This document shows positions 12,100-23,624 of a stretch of DNA of 64,000 nucleotides, one piece after another (the first letter of the stretch is position 1; every line of letters begins with the position of its first letter). Under the pieces are notes generated by a model, which worked only from the letters and a program-made list of their open reading frames with translations, did not search any database and was not told the DNA's origin. The translations under genes were made by a program, and so were the position numbers. This DNA comes from Anaeromyxobacter sp. (GTDB taxonomy: Bacteria > Myxococcota > Myxococcia > Myxococcales > Anaeromyxobacteraceae): the NCBI GenBank assembly GCA_049840735.1, contig JASGJN010000020.1:768001-832000 (forward strand), in the 5' to 3' direction.

Positions 12100-12345
12100 A
12101 TGGGCCTGATCTCCTGGATCGTGGTGGGGCTGATTGCGGGCTGGTTGACCGGAAAGATCATGGGCGGCCCGAGCAAGGGCGTCCTGATGGACATCATCAT
12201 CGGCCTGGTCGGCGCAGTCGCCGGCGGGTTCCTGGTGGGCCTGTTCGGACTGCGACCGGAAGGCGGCATCATCTACACGATCATCGTTGCGGTGATCGGA
12301 GCCGTGGTCCTGACCTGGATCTACCGCAAGGTGACGGCTCGATAG
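12100..12345 (+). CDS. GlsB/YeaQ/YmgE family (transglycosylase-associated) small membrane protein
   Basis: MGLISWIVVGLIAGWL...IIIGLVGAVAGG...AVIGAVVL pattern; GAGGAG RBS. Confidence 0.85.
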   Translation: MGLISWIVVGLIAGWLTGKIMGGPSKGVLMDIIIGLVGAVAGGFLVGLFGLRPEGGIIYTIIVAVIGAVVLTWIYRKVTAR

Positions 12346-12380
12346 AGGTCGCTCGCGGCCCGGGGGCCGCCGCCGCAGGA

Positions 12381-12410
12381 ACCCCGATCACCGGCTGGCG
12401 ATCGGGGCTC
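12381..12410. terminator. Hairpin between convergent genes (putative terminator)
   Basis: CCCCGATC...GATCGGGG stem between the stop codons at 12345 and 12452. Confidence 0.45.
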
Positions 12411-12451
12411 CCGACGCGGCGCCGGCGAACCGGATGCCGCGGACCGGCTCG

Positions 12452-13281
12452 CTACTGCTGGACCAGCTCCACCCGCCGGTTCCTTGCCCGACCCTCCTCC
12501 GTGGCGTTGCTCGCGACCGGCGCGATGGGCCCGGCGCCACGACCGACCATGCGTCCCGCGTCGATGCCCTGCTTGGCCACCAGCGCCTGCACCACCGCCT
12601 CGGCGCGCGCCTGGGAGAGCTTGAGGTTCAGGTCGAGCGAGGCGGTGTTGTCGGTGTGCCCCACCACGTAGACCCGGAGCGCGGGGTCGGCCTTGAGCAG
12701 CTTGGCGATTCTCGGCGAGCGCGACCTCCGACTCGGGCTTCAGGTCGGCCTTCCCCGTGTCGAAGAAGATGCCCGGCACCTCCACGTGGCCGCTCTTGCT
12801 CAGCCCGGCCTTGAAGACCTCGGCGCTGGCGGCGACCTCCTGCACCATGGCCTGCCGCTCGATGATGGTCAGCATGTACCCCTTGCCCCAGGCCGTGTCG
12901 ACCTGGGCCCAGATCTCCTGGCCGTCCTTCGCGACCTTGAGCCAGGTGTAACGATTGTCCTCGAACAGGACCGTCCCGCCGATCCTGGTGATGGCCTGCT
13001 GGTGGTTGCGGATGATCGCGAGCGGGCTGGGGTACGCCTCTCCGGTCCGGATCTCGGTAGCGCAGCTCGATCCGCTTCCCTTCCACGGTGGCGTCGGTCC
13101 CCTTGCCGGTCTTGAACTTCTGGCTGTCGAAGGGGAGCACCCTGCAGGTCGCGATTCGCATGGCGTTCATGCGGGTGAAGAGCGGGTGGTCGGTGCACCC
13201 GGCCGCGTCCGCGTCCGGAGCGGCGGCGTGGACCCGAACGGCGGCGGCGACCAGCACGGCGACGACGACCAGGCGTGTCAT
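12452..13281 (-). CDS. OmpA-like peptidoglycan-binding exported protein (two apparent frameshifts, ~13055 and ~12710)
   Basis: Signal peptide; IFFDTGKADLKPES, VVGHTD, LSQARAEAV and NRRVE motifs spread over three frames. Confidence 0.8.
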
Positions 13282-13741
13282 GACTCTCCTCCAGCTGAAG
13301 TGGGTCGGTCTCGAAGCCAACACGTGCTCCCTGGCCACGGGGACTGGGAGCGGAGGACATCCAGGGGCGCTCCAGGCAGCGCTGCTCTACGGAGCACCAG
13401 GGCAGGATGTCACCAACCGTCAAGCGAGCGGCCGTTGGCGCGCGGGCACGAGGCCGGCGCAGCTGAGCGCCTCGCGGGATGGTGACCACCGGCAGGGCGC
13501 CGCGAGAGCGCGTCGAGTCCGCTGGGGTGGGGCGCGCGGTGCCGCTTCCACCAGGGGACCGTCGAGAGCCTCCCGCCCGATGACGGTCCCTTCGACGGAG
13601 CAAGCGAGGGTGGCTTCGAGGCCCCAGTCCGTTGCTTCCAGGCCCTCCTGATCCAGGGTTGGCTCGCCCGCCGAAGCGCCCGTGCCGTCAGCTCGGGTAG
13701 GTGCAGACCTCCCCCTGGAGGGCCAATCGTCCATCTTGTCG

Positions 13742-13759
13742 CATGTGAGCGTTCACATG
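13742..13759. promoter_or_regulatory. LacI/GalR-type operator palindrome upstream of the sugar ABC operon
   Basis: CATGTGAGCGTTCACATG, a near-perfect palindrome matching the TGTGAGCG|CTCACA LacI-family pattern, ~145 bp upstream of chvE. Confidence 0.6.
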
Positions 13760-13903
13760 TATGTTGCACACGCGGATGTGCTTCGGGCCGGGAGCCCCGG
13801 TCGAGAGACGTACGACGTGGAGGCAACACGAGGACGCATCGCGTGGGCGTGTCACTGTCCGTGCGGGCGATTGCCAAACCTGGTGACTCGAACAAGGAGG
13901 CGC

Positions 13904-14971
13904 ATGATGAAGCCGCTCACGGCAGTCCTGGCTTTCCTCTGCATGGCACTCGTCGCCTGGGCTGCGCCAGCAGCCGCCGCGGACAAGGGCACGGTGGGCA
14001 TCTCCATGCCGACCAAGTCCTCCGCCCGCTGGATCTCCGACGGCGAGAGCATGGTCAAGGCGTTCCAGGCGAAGGGCTACAAGACGGACCTGCAGTACGC
14101 CGAGGACGACATCCCGAACCAGCTGGCGCAGGTCGAGAACATGATCACCAAGGGGGTCAAGGTCCTGGTGATCGCCGCGATCGACGGCACCACCCTTTCG
14201 GACGCGCTGCAGAAGGCCGCCGACAAGGGCATCAAGGTCATCGCCTATGACCGGCTCATCCGCGGCTCGAAGAACGTCGACTACTACGCGACCTTCGACA
14301 ACTTCCAGGTGGGCGTGCTCCAGGCGAACTCGATCGTCGAGAAGCTCGGCCTGAAGCAGGGCAAGGGTCCCTTCAACATCGAGCTGTTCGGCGGCTCGCC
14401 CGACGACAACAACGCCTTCTTCTTCTACGACGGCGCCCTCTCCGTGCTGAAGCCGTACCTCGAGAACGGCAAGCTCGTGGTGCGCAGCAAGCAGATGGGC
14501 ATGGAGAAGGTCGGGACGCTGCGTTGGGACGGCGCGGTCGCGCAGGCCCGCATGGACAACCTGCTGTCGGCCTTCTACGGCAAGGACCGCGTCGACGCGG
14601 TGCTGTCGCCGTACGACGGGCTCTCCATCGGCATCATCTCGTCGCTCAAGGGCGTCGGCTACGGCACGCCCAAGCAGCCCATGCCGATGGTCAGCGGCCA
14701 GGACGCCGAGATCCCGTCCATCAAGGCCATCCTCCGCGGCGAGCAGGGCTCCACCGTGTTCAAGGACACGCGTGAGCTCGCCAGGGTGACCGCCGAGATG
14801 GTCGACGCCCTCCTCTCCGGGAAGGCGCCGCAGGTCAACGACAACAAGACCTACCACAACGGCATCAAGGTGGTGCCCTCCTACCTGCTGAAGCCGGTGA
14901 GCGTGGACGCCACCAACTGGAAGGCCGTCCTCGTGGGCAGCGGCTACTACAAGGAAAACCAGATCCTGTAG
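13904..14971 (+). CDS. chvE: Multiple monosaccharide ABC transporter substrate-binding protein
   Basis: [38 protein letters not shown] and SGQDAE motifs; AAGGAGG RBS; signal peptide. Confidence 0.92.
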   Translation: MMKPLTAVLAFLCMALVAWAAPAAAADKGTVGISMPTKSSARWISDGESMVKAFQAKGYKTDLQYAEDDIPNQLAQVENMITKGVKVLVIAAIDGTTLSDALQKAADKGIKVIAYDRLIRGSKNVDYYATFDNFQVGVLQANSIVEKLGLKQGKGPFNIELFGGSPDDNNAFFFYDGALSVLKPYLENGKLVVRSKQMGMEKVGTLRWDGAVAQARMDNLLSAFYGKDRVDAVLSPYDGLSIGIISSLKGVGYGTPKQPMPMVSGQDAEIPSIKAILRGEQGSTVFKDTRELARVTAEMVDALLSGKAPQVNDNKTYHNGIKVVPSYLLKPVSVDATNWKAVLVGSGYYKENQIL

Positions 14972-15047
14972 GCTTGAGACGCGCGGGGAGCCCGCCCCCG
15001 TGGGCGGGCGCCTCGCGCAGCGACGCGGCCCGGCGAGCGGAGGGACT

Positions 15048-16586
15048 GTGGACGCACTCCTCGAGATGCGCGGCATCAGCAAGGCCTTTCACGGCGTGCC
15101 CGCGCTGACCGACGTGAACCTGGTGGTCCGCCAAGGCGAGATCCACGCCGTGGTGGGGGAGAACGGCGCCGGCAAGTCGACGCTGATGAAGGTGCTCTCG
15201 GGGGTCCACCCGCACGGAGAGTACAGCGGCGAGATCCGCTACCTGGGACAGGAGCGCCGCTTCGGCGGCATCGCCGACAGCGAGAAGCTGGGCATCATCA
15301 TCATCCATCAGGAGCTGGCCCTGGTCCCGCTCCTGTCCATCGCGGAGAACATCTTCCTCGGCAACGAGCAGGCCCGCCACGGCGTGATCGACTGGGCGCT
15401 GGCCCACAAGAAGACGCGCCAGCTGCTGGCCAAGGTCGGCCTGCGCGAGTCTCCCGCAACGCTCATCACCGACCTCGGCGTCGGCAAGCAGCAGCTCGTC
15501 GAGATCGCCAAGGCGCTGTCGAAGGAGGTCAAGCTCCTCATCCTCGACGAGCCCACGGCCAGCCTCAACGAGAGGGACAGCGACGCGCTGCTGGAGCTCC
15601 TGCTCGGGCTGAAGGCGCACGGCATCACCTGCATCCTCATCTCGCACAAGCTCCACGAGATCTCGAAGGTGGCCGACTCCATCACCGTGCTGCGGGACGG
15701 CGCCACCGTCGCCACCCTCGACTGCAGCGCCGGCCCGGTCAGCGAGGACCTCGTCATCCAGAAGATGGTCGGCCGCGAGATGACCGACCGCTACCCTCGC
15801 CGCACACCCCGCCCCGGAGAGACCGTCTTCGAGGTGCGCGACTGGCGGGTCTTCCACCCTCTCCACGCCGACCGCCAGGTGGTCAAGGGCGTGAACCTGA
15901 GCGTGCGGCGGGGCGAGATCGTCGGCATCGCCGGACTGATGGGCGCCGGCCGCACCGAGCTGGCCATGAGCCTCTTCGGCCGCTCCTGGGGCCGCCGCAT
16001 CAGCGGCAAGGTGCTCATGGACGGCCGGGAGGTCGACGTCGGCACCGTGCAGAAGGCCACCGCCCACGGGATGGCCTACGTCACCGAGGACCGCAAGGGG
16101 CTCGGGCTCGTCCTCAACGACAGCATCGCGCACAACACCACGCTGGCGCACCTGCCCGGCGTGTCGCGGCGCGGCGTCATCGACGACGGGCGCGAGCACA
16201 GGGTGGCCACGGACTTCCGCGCCAAGCTGGCCACGCGCTGCGCCGGGGTTCACCAATCGGTGGTCAGCCTGTCGGGCGGCAACCAGCAGAAGGTGGTGCT
16301 GGCCAAGTGGCTCTTCGCCGACCCCTCGGTGCTCATCCTCGACGAGCCCACCCGCGGGATCGACGTGGGCGCCAAGTTCGAGATCTACACCCTCATCGCC
16401 AAGCTGGCCGAGGAGGGCAAGGCCATCCTGATCATCTCGTCCGAGATGCCCGAGCTGCTGGGGATGTGCGACCGGCTCTACGTGATGAGCGAGGGCAGCC
16501 TCGTGGGTGAGCTCACCGCCGCCGAGGCGTCGCAGGAGCTGATCATGCGCACCATCGTGAAGGCCAGCGCCCGGACCGGGACGTAG
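15048..16586 (+). CDS. gguA: Multiple monosaccharide ABC transporter ATP-binding protein (GguA/MmsA)
   Basis: GENGAGKST, two ABC halves, LSGGNQQK and LDEPTRGID. Confidence 0.9.
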   Translation: MDALLEMRGISKAFHGVPALTDVNLVVRQGEIHAVVGENGAGKSTLMKVLSGVHPHGEYSGEIRYLGQERRFGGIADSEKLGIIIIHQELALVPLLSIAENIFLGNEQARHGVIDWALAHKKTRQLLAKVGLRESPATLITDLGVGKQQLVEIAKALSKEVKLLILDEPTASLNERDSDALLELLLGLKAHGITCILISHKLHEISKVADSITVLRDGATVATLDCSAGPVSEDLVIQKMVGREMTDRYPRRTPRPGETVFEVRDWRVFHPLHADRQVVKGVNLSVRRGEIVGIAGLMGAGRTELAMSLFGRSWGRRISGKVLMDGREVDVGTVQKATAHGMAYVTEDRKGLGLVLNDSIAHNTTLAHLPGVSRRGVIDDGREHRVATDFRAKLATRCAGVHQSVVSLSGGNQQKVVLAKWLFADPSVLILDEPTRGIDVGAKFEIYTLIAKLAEEGKAILIISSEMPELLGMCDRLYVMSEGSLVGELTAAEASQELIMRTIVKASARTGT

Positions 16587-16596
16587 AGGAGACCTC

Positions 16597-17789
16597 GTGG
16601 AACCGTCCATCGCCGTCGCGACCGCGCGCCCCACGCAGCGCACCGCGCACTTCCTGAAGCAGAACCTGCGCGAGTACGGGATGCTGCTGTCCCTCGTGGC
16701 CATCATGATCTTCTTCCAGATCATGACCGAGGGCACGCTGCTGCAGCCCCTCAACCTGACCAACCTGGTGCTGCAGAACAGCTACATCGTCATCATGGCG
16801 CTGGGGATGTTGCCGCTGATCGTGGCCGGCCACATCGACCTCTCGGTGGGCTCCTCCAGCGGCTTCATCGGCGCGCTGGCCGCGGTGCTGATGGTGACCC
16901 ACGACTGGCACTACGTCCCGGCCACCCTGGCCTGCCTGCTGATGGGGGCCCTCATCGGCGCGGCCCAGGGCTGGTTCATCGCGTTCTTCAGATCCCCTCG
17001 TTCATCGTCACGCTGGCAGGGATGCTGGTGTTCAAGGGGCTGGCGCTGGCGCTGCTGCACGGCCAGTCGGTGGGCCCGTTCCCGTACGAGTTCCAGAAGC
17101 TGAGCTCGGGCTTCATTCCCGACGCGTTCTCCGGCGCCGAGCTCCGGCTCACGTCACTGCTGGCCGGGATCGTGCTTGCGGGCGTGATGCTGGCGCTGGC
17201 CTGGCGCAGCCGCCAGAACCAGCTCGAGCACGAGATGGAGGTCGAGCCCTGGGCGCTGTTCGTCGCCCGCAACGGCGCGTTCGCCGCCGTCATCGTGGCG
17301 ATCAGCTGGCTGCTGGCCTCGTACAAGGGGCTGCCCAACGTCCTCGTCATCATGCTCGCCCTGATGGTCGCCTACGACTTCATCACGACCCGCACCGTCC
17401 TGGGGCGGCGCATCTACGCGCTGGGCGGCAACGAGAAGGCCGCGCGGCTCTCTGGCATCCGCACCGAGCGGCTCTCCTTCTACGCCTTCGTCAACATGGG
17501 CGTGCTCGCCGCGCTGGCCGGCCTGGTCTTCGCGGCGCGGCTCAACACGGCCACGCCCAAGGCCGGCCAGGGGTTCGAGCTCGACGTGATCGCCGCCTGC
17601 TTCATCGGCGGGGCCTCGGCCGCGGGCGGCGTGGGCAAGATCATGGGCGCGGTCATCGGCGCCTTCGTCATGGGCGTCATGAACAACGGCATGTCCATCC
17701 TGGGCGTCGGAATTGATTACCAGCAGGTGATCAAGGGGCTGGTGCTCCTGGCCGCGGTCTTCGTGGATGTCTACAACAAGAACAAGTAG
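16597..17789 (+). CDS. gguB: Multiple monosaccharide ABC transporter permease (GguB/MmsB), apparent frameshift near 16990
   Basis: GHIDLSVGS, YALGGNEKAARLSG and FELDVIAACFIGG; ORFs 16597..17103 and 17022..17789 join. Confidence 0.88.
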
Positions 17790-17938
17790 GGCCGTCGGCC
17801 GGGAGCGGTTCGCGAGGGTTGCCCTGGCCGTCGCCTGCGACGAGTAGGGCGGCGAGCAGCGCCGACGAACGCCTGAAGCCAGCGCTGCGCGCCGCCGCGC
17901 ACCCTGCGGCGGGCCATCTGGAGCGCTCTCTTCCGTGA

Positions 17939-17976
17939 TTCACTCTAAGTGGTAACGCCGCTTGTCGGTGCCGGTG
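17939..17976 (+). promoter_or_regulatory. Putative ECF sigma promoter (copy 1) upstream of exbB
   Basis: TTCAC-N5-GTGGTAACGC-N12-CCGGTG; same motif and spacing at 23625-23662. Confidence 0.6.
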
Positions 17977-18026
17977 ATCCTCTGGCGTACGGCCGCTCTC
18001 CGCGGCCCTTCACCGGAGCCCAGAAG

Positions 18027-18680
18027 ATGACCCGCCAGCTGTTCGAGCTGTTCACCCGCGCCGGCGCGGAGTGGGTGATGTTCCTCCTCGTCCTCCTCTC
18101 GATCGCCTCGGTGGCGGTGATGCTGGAGCGCCTCCTCTTCTTCGCGCAGCGCGGCCGGGAGGTGCCCGGCCTGCTGGCGCTGCTCCAGTCCGGCCGCCTG
18201 GCGGAGGCCCGTGCGCTGCTGGGCGCGCGGCGCGGCCTGGAGGCCGACGTGGCCCGGGCGGCGCTGGCCGCGGCGGACGGCGGACCGGCCTCCGTCAAGG
18301 AAGCGGTCGAGTGCGCGGTGGCGGTGGGCCGCCCCGCCTACGAGCGCGGGCTCTCGTTCCTGGGCACGCTGGGCAACAACGCGCCGTTCCTGGGCCTGTT
18401 CGGCACCGTGGTGGGCATCATCAAGGCCTTCTCCGACCTGGCCGTGGGCGGCCCGCGCGGCGCCGGAGCCGCCGCCGTGATGGCCGGCATCTCCGAGGCC
18501 CTGGTGGCCACCGCGGTCGGGATCCTGGTCGCCATCCCGGCGGTGGTGGCCTTCAACGCGTTCCAGAAGCGGCTGCGCACCCTGACCGCGCGCGCCGAGG
18601 CGGGCGGCCACGCCCTGGCCTCCTGGCTCGAGCGCGACGACGTCCGCGAGGCTGCGCTCCGGCGCACCCACGCGGCCTGA
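18027..18680 (+). CDS. exbB: MotA/TolQ/ExbB proton channel protein
   Basis: LGTLGNNAPFLGLFGTVVGI and GISEALVATAVG. Confidence 0.88.
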   Translation: MTRQLFELFTRAGAEWVMFLLVLLSIASVAVMLERLLFFAQRGREVPGLLALLQSGRLAEARALLGARRGLEADVARAALAAADGGPASVKEAVECAVAVGRPAYERGLSFLGTLGNNAPFLGLFGTVVGIIKAFSDLAVGGPRGAGAAAVMAGISEALVATAVGILVAIPAVVAFNAFQKRLRTLTARAEAGGHALASWLERDDVREAALRRTHAA

Positions 18681-18707
18681 CGCCCCCCAAGCCCCGAGGA
18701 GCCAGCC

Positions 18708-19130
18708 ATGGCCGCGCACACCGGCGGAGCCGACGACGCCATCACCGGCATCAACGTCACCCCGCTCGTCGACATCACCCTCGTCCTGCTCGTCGTCTTC
18801 ATGGTCACGGCCTCGTACATCGTGAAGGAGTCGATCGAGGTGGACCTCCCCCGTGCCGCCGCCGGGGGCGAGACGGTGGGGCCCACCCTGTCCTTCGTCC
18901 TCGACCGCGGCGGCCGCCTCTACCTGGACGGCCAGCCCGCCGATGCCGCCGCCGCCCGCGCCGCCGTCCGGGCCGCGCTGGCGCGGAGCCCGGAGGCGCG
19001 CGCCATCATCGGCGCCGATCGGGCGGTCTCGCACGGCGCGGTGGTCGAGGTGATCGACCTCGTCAAGCAGGAGGGGCTCACCCGCTTCGCCATCCAGATC
19101 GAGCGCAACGCCGCCGGGGACGTGCCGTGA
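18708..19130 (+). CDS. exbD: ExbD/TolR biopolymer transporter
   Basis: INVTPLVDITLVLLVVFMVT; ADRAVSHGAVVEVID. Confidence 0.9.
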   Translation: MAAHTGGADDAITGINVTPLVDITLVLLVVFMVTASYIVKESIEVDLPRAAAGGETVGPTLSFVLDRGGRLYLDGQPADAAAARAAVRAALARSPEARAIIGADRAVSHGAVVEVIDLVKQEGLTRFAIQIERNAAGDVP

Positions 19131-19885
19131 CCTCGCCGTCCGACCACCCCGCGTCGCGCGGCGCCGGCCGGGCCCTGGCGCTGGCCGGGACGGCAGCCGC
19201 CTCGCTCCTGCTGCATGGGGTGGGGTGGGCCGCGGCCGCGCGGCTCACGCCGCGGGCTGCCCGAGCCACGGCCCCCGTGACGGTGGCCTTCGAGGTGGCG
19301 CCGCCGCCCCCGGCGCCGGCGCGATCCACCCCGCCGCCGCCCCCGCAACCGGTCCCCGTCCGGCGCGCGGTCCACGCCTTCAGGCGCCCCACGCCGCCGG
19401 CGGCGGACCTGCCGCCGCCTCCGCCGCCCAGCGAGGCGCCGCCGCCCGACGCACCGGCACCCCGCGCCGCCCCGCGGGTGGGAATCACGCTCTCCTCCAC
19501 GGCCACCGGCGGCGCCTTCGCCGTCGGCACTGGCAACACGCTGTACGGGCGCGCCACCGAGACGGCGGGTGACCCTGCCGAGGCCCACCCCTACGCGGCG
19601 GTGCCGGCCGCGCGGCGCTCCGTCCAGCCGCGGCTCCTGGAGCGGCCGGAGATCGCCTATCCGCCGGAGGCGCGCCGTGCCGGCGTGCAGGGGCGGGTGG
19701 GGCTGCTCTTGCGCCTCGACGCGGAAGGGCACGTCGTCTCGGCCCGCGTGCTGGAGGACCCAGGCGCCGGACTGGGCGAGGCCGCCCGCACCGCTGCGCT
19801 CCGGTTCCGCTTCTCCCCTGCGCGGCTGGACGGGGCCGCCGTCGAGACCGAGCTGCGCTTCACCTACACCTTCGTCCTGGAGTGA
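19127..19885 (+). CDS. tonB: TonB energy transducer
   Basis: N-terminal TM with SLLLH, Pro-rich linker, C-terminal YPPEARRAGVQGRV domain. Confidence 0.85.
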   Translation: MTSPSDHPASRGAGRALALAGTAAASLLLHGVGWAAAARLTPRAARATAPVTVAFEVAPPPPAPARSTPPPPPQPVPVRRAVHAFRRPTPPAADLPPPPPPSEAPPPDAPAPRAAPRVGITLSSTATGGAFAVGTGNTLYGRATETAGDPAEAHPYAAVPAARRSVQPRLLERPEIAYPPEARRAGVQGRVGLLLRLDAEGHVVSARVLEDPGAGLGEAARTAALRFRFSPARLDGAAVETELRFTYTFVLE

Positions 19886-19889
19886 ATTC

Positions 19890-22478
19890 ATGATCCGCGC
19901 CGTCCCCCTCGCGTTCGCCCTGGCCCTCGCGCTCCTGGGCGCGTCCCCTGCCCGCGCGGAGGCACCCCCGGGACCCGCCGGACCGGGCGCGCTCACCCGC
20001 GCCCCGGAGGTGATCGCCCCGGCCGAGCCCGACTACCCCGCCGAAGCCCGATCCGCGGGGTTGGAGGGCGAGGTCACGCTGGAGCTGGAGCTCTCCGAGG
20101 CCGGCGCCGTCACCGACGCGGTGGTGGTGAGCCCGGCCGGCCACGGCTTCGACGAGGCCGCGCTGGAGGCGGCCCGCCGGCTGCGCTTCTCGCCCGCCGA
20201 GATCGACGGCCGGCCCGCTGCGGTCCGGATCGCCTACCGCTTCACCTTCGCCCTGGCGCCTGCCGCGGCCGCGGCACCGCCGCCGGTCAACCTGCGCGGC
20301 CAGGTGGTGGAGCGAGGCACGCGCCTGCCGGTGGCGGGGGCGCGGGTGACGGCCGGCGGCGCCTCCGCGTACACCGATCGCGACGGGCGCTTCGCCCTGG
20401 CCGGCGTGCCCGAGGGCACCGTGCAGGTGGTGGTGGAGGAGCCGGAGCACCGGCGCCTCGCCTCGCCGGAGGAGGTCCGGCCCGGGCAGGCCACGGAGGT
20501 GAAGTACTGGCTGGAGCGCACCGCCCAGGGCGCCTTCGAGGTGGTCGTCACCGGCAAGCGGGAGGAGAACGAGGTCTCGCACGTGGCCATCTCGGCCGGC
20601 GAGATCCGCCGCGTCCCGGGCGTGTCGGGCGACGCCGTGAAGGTCATCCAGAACCTGCCGGGCGTGGCGCGCACGCCGGGCTTCTCCGGCGACCTGGTGG
20701 TCCGCGGCGGCAACCCGCGCGACACGCGCGTCTACGTGGACGGCCACGAGGTGCCGCAGGTCTTCCACTTCGGTGGGCTGACCAGCGTCTACTCCTCCGA
20801 GCTCATCAAGGACGTGGAGTTCGAGGCCGGCAACTTCGGCGTCCGGTACGGCCGCGCCATCGGCGGCCGCGTGAACCTCGTCACCCGTGATCCCGGCGAG
20901 CGGACCCACGCGCTCGCCGACGTGAACCTGTACCACGCCACCGGCCTCTACGAGGGGCGGCCGCGGGAGGACCTGGGGCTGGCCCTGGCGGCGCGCCGCT
21001 CCTACGCCGACGCGGTCCTGACCCGCGCGGCCGAGTCGATGACCGACGGGCCCACGCTCTCGGTCGCGCCCCGCTACTACGACCTGCAGGCCAAGGCCGC
21101 CTGGAAGGCGGGCCCGGCCGACACGCTGCGGCTCGACGCCTTCGGCTCGGACGACCGGATGGTGCTGACCGGCCTGCGCCTGGATGACAGCGTGCAGCAC
21201 CTCGACAGCTTCGAGAACGGCACCCGGTTCTGGGCGGCGACCGCCCGCTGGGATCACCGGGCCAGCGAGGACACGCGGCTCGGGGTCGAGCTGGGGGGCG
21301 GCTACGCCGCGTACACCACCACCGTGGGCGACCAGTTCTCGGAGGATGACCAGGTGTGGTCGGGCACCTTCCGCGCCGAGGTGCGGCAGCGCCTGGGCGC
21401 GCGCGCCCGGGTGGTGACCGGCGTGGACGCGCTCTGGTACCCGCGCGCCCAGCTCTCGGTGACCGCGCCGGAGATCCCGCCCGCCGGCCAGGTCCCCGAT
21501 CCCTACTCGCCCTCGCGGATCTACGAAGACACCGCCACTGGCGGCGAGGCGGGCGTGTACGTCGAGGCCACGCTCGAGCCGGTGGACGGCCTGTTCGTCG
21601 TCCCGGGCGTCCGCGCCGACCTGCACCGGACCCTGGCCTCGCTCTCCTGGGTGGACCCGCGCCTGGCGGTGCGCTGGCAGGCCAGCCCGGGCACCGCCCT
21701 CAAGGCCGCGGCCGGCCTGTACCACCAGGCCCCGTCGCTGGTGTACCTGACCGAGCAGTGGGGCAATCCGGACCTGAAGGCCGAGGGCGCCTGGCAGTAC
21801 TCGGCTGGCGTGGAGCAACGGCTGACCCCGCAGCTCTCGCTCGATCTGCAGGTCTACTGGAAGCGGCTCTTCGACCTCGCGCTCCCGACCGACGCGACGG
21901 TGGTGCGCGGTGGCCAGGAGGAGCCGCTGCGCTACACCAGCGCCGGCAGCGGCGACGCCTATGGCGCCGAGGCGCTGCTGCGCTGGGACCCGGATGGCCG
22001 CTTCTTCGGGTGGGTCGCCTACTCGCTCTCGCGCACCCGCCGCGACCAGGCGGTGGCCGGCGGGCGCATCGAGGACGAAGGCGACGCCTACGACCAGCCC
22101 CATAACCTGGTGGCGGTGGGCACCTGGGAGCTGCCGGAGCTGTGGCGAGGGCTCTCCGCCGGGTTCCGCCTCCGCTACACCACCGGGAGCCCCTACGAGG
22201 CGATCCACGGCGCCGTCTACGACGCCGACGGGGACGCGTACCAGCCGCTGGAGTCGGGCAAGCGCGGCGAGCGGATGCCGGACTTCATCCAGCTCGACCT
22301 GCGCGCCGACAAGCGCTGGACGTTCCAGGCCTGGACCCTGTCCGCCTACCTGGAGATCCAGAACGCCACCAACCGGCAGAACGCCGAGGCCGTCTCCTAC
22401 GGCTACGACTACCGCCAGCGGGCCTGGGTGACCGGCCTGCCCATCTTCCCCGCCTTCGGCGTGCGCGCCGAGTACTGA
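19890..22478 (+). CDS. TonB-dependent receptor with N-terminal TonB_C and carboxypeptidase-regulatory-like domains
   Basis: Signal peptide, YPAEARSAGLEGEV, plug motif NLPGVA...VRGG, barrel ending GVRAEY. Confidence 0.85.
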   Translation: MIRAVPLAFALALALLGASPARAEAPPGPAGPGALTRAPEVIAPAEPDYPAEARSAGLEGEVTLELELSEAGAVTDAVVVSPAGHGFDEAALEAARRLRFSPAEIDGRPAAVRIAYRFTFALAPAAAAAPPPVNLRGQVVERGTRLPVAGARVTAGGASAYTDRDGRFALAGVPEGTVQVVVEEPEHRRLASPEEVRPGQATEVKYWLERTAQGAFEVVVTGKREENEVSHVAISAGEIRRVPGVSGDAVKVIQNLPGVARTPGFSGDLVVRGGNPRDTRVYVDGHEVPQVFHFGGLTSVYSSELIKDVEFEAGNFGVRYGRAIGGRVNLVTRDPGERTHALADVNLYHATGLYEGRPREDLGLALAARRSYADAVLTRAAESMTDGPTLSVAPRYYDLQAKAAWKAGPADTLRLDAFGSDDRMVLTGLRLDDSVQHLDSFENGTRFWAATARWDHRASEDTRLGVELGGGYAAYTTTVGDQFSEDDQVWSGTFRAEVRQRLGARARVVTGVDALWYPRAQLSVTAPEIPPAGQVPDPYSPSRIYEDTATGGEAGVYVEATLEPVDGLFVVPGVRADLHRTLASLSWVDPRLAVRWQASPGTALKAAAGLYHQAPSLVYLTEQWGNPDLKAEGAWQYSAGVEQRLTPQLSLDLQVYWKRLFDLALPTDATVVRGGQEEPLRYTSAGSGDAYGAEALLRWDPDGRFFGWVAYSLSRTRRDQAVAGGRIEDEGDAYDQPHNLVAVGTWELPELWRGLSAGFRLRYTTGSPYEAIHGAVYDADGDAYQPLESGKRGERMPDFIQLDLRADKRWTFQAWTLSAYLEIQNATNRQNAEAVSYGYDYRQRAWVTGLPIFPAFGVRAEY

Positions 22479-22499
22479 CCCGCACCCCTGGAGAACGCC

Positions 22500-23603
22500 A
22501 TGAGGCCCACCCTCCCGCTCGTCGCCGCCGCGCTCCTCGCCGCCGGCTGCATGCCCGATCTCGACCCTGCCTCGGAGGTCACCGGGCTCCGCGTCCTGGC
22601 CGTGCGCGCCGAGCCGCCTGAGCTCGCCCCCGGTGCGGCCGGCGCGCCCGACCGGGCCACGCTCGGTGCGCTCGTCGTGCACCCCGCCTTCACCGCCGCG
22701 CCCGACCGGCGCGCCACCGTGCTCCACGTGGCCTGCACACCCGTCCCCGGCGACCCGAGCCCCTCGCCCTGCACGCAGCTCACCGAGCTGGCCGATCCGG
22801 TGGCACTGCTGGCGCTCGTGGATCCTTCCCAGGCCTGCGCCGCGCCCGGGACCGGCGCGGCAGGGGCCATCACGCTGGCCGGCCTGGAGGCGTGCGGCGC
22901 CCTGGGCTGCGAGCCGGTGGTGGTCCTGCGCGATCCGGCCGACGCCACCTCCGCGGTGACGCTCCCCGCGCCCGGCTACGCGCTGCCGGCCGGGTACACG
23001 CTGGACCTCCCGGCCGGAAACGCCCAGCGCGTGCTGGGGGTCCAGGTCGTGGACCTGGCGCTGGCCCTCGACGCCGGGCCGGAGGCGCTCGCGCCGGTCG
23101 AGCCGGCCGCGGACGCATGCGCGGCGCTGCTGGCCGTGGCGGAGCGGTTCGGAGCCGCCTGGGCCAGCTCCGAGCACGTCACTGCCCTCAAGCGGATCAC
23201 CGTCCGCGGGCCGGACGCGCCCTCGCCGCCCAACCGGAACCCGGAGCTCACCGGCGTCACGCTGGACGGCCGCGCCCTTCCCCTGCCCGGCCAGGCGCCG
23301 GCCTCGGTGGCTGCCGGGGTAGAGGCCGGCTTGCTGCCGGTGCTCCCTGGCGATCCGGACGCGCTGCGGGAGGAGTACGTGCGCTGCGACGCCGCCGGGA
23401 GGCCCATCGAGACGCGGCGGGAGGACTGGACCTTCTCCTGGTTCGCCACCGCCGGCGAGCTGCAGCACCTGCACACCTACGACGCGACCGAGGCCGACCG
23501 CTACACGGCGCCGGGCGAGGGCCAGGTGCTGGTCTGGGCCGTGGTCCGCGACCTGCGCGGCGGGGTGGCCTGGCGCGCCGCGGCGCTGGAGGTGGCGCGC
23601 TGA
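22500..23603 (+). CDS. Lipoprotein associated with the TonB-dependent receptor
   Basis: Lipobox LAAG-C; LRVLAVRAEPPE and VVRDLRGG motifs typical of myxobacterial receptor-linked lipoproteins. Confidence 0.7.
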   Translation: MRPTLPLVAAALLAAGCMPDLDPASEVTGLRVLAVRAEPPELAPGAAGAPDRATLGALVVHPAFTAAPDRRATVLHVACTPVPGDPSPSPCTQLTELADPVALLALVDPSQACAAPGTGAAGAITLAGLEACGALGCEPVVVLRDPADATSAVTLPAPGYALPAGYTLDLPAGNAQRVLGVQVVDLALALDAGPEALAPVEPAADACAALLAVAERFGAAWASSEHVTALKRITVRGPDAPSPPNRNPELTGVTLDGRALPLPGQAPASVAAGVEAGLLPVLPGDPDALREEYVRCDAAGRPIETRREDWTFSWFATAGELQHLHTYDATEADRYTAPGEGQVLVWAVVRDLRGGVAWRAAALEVAR

Positions 23604-23624
23604 GGTGATTCCCGCGCCCCGATC

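Noticed and set aside
12381..12410. Resemblance of this hairpin to the att-adjacent hairpin at 30884-30909 as a distant island boundary
   Set aside because: No att core nearby; short GC stems of this kind are common terminators between convergent genes.
17790..18026. Cobalamin riboswitch upstream of the TonB operon
   Set aside because: No recognisable B12-box or GGGAA...GCCACTG core; the shared promoter-like motif explains the conserved part.
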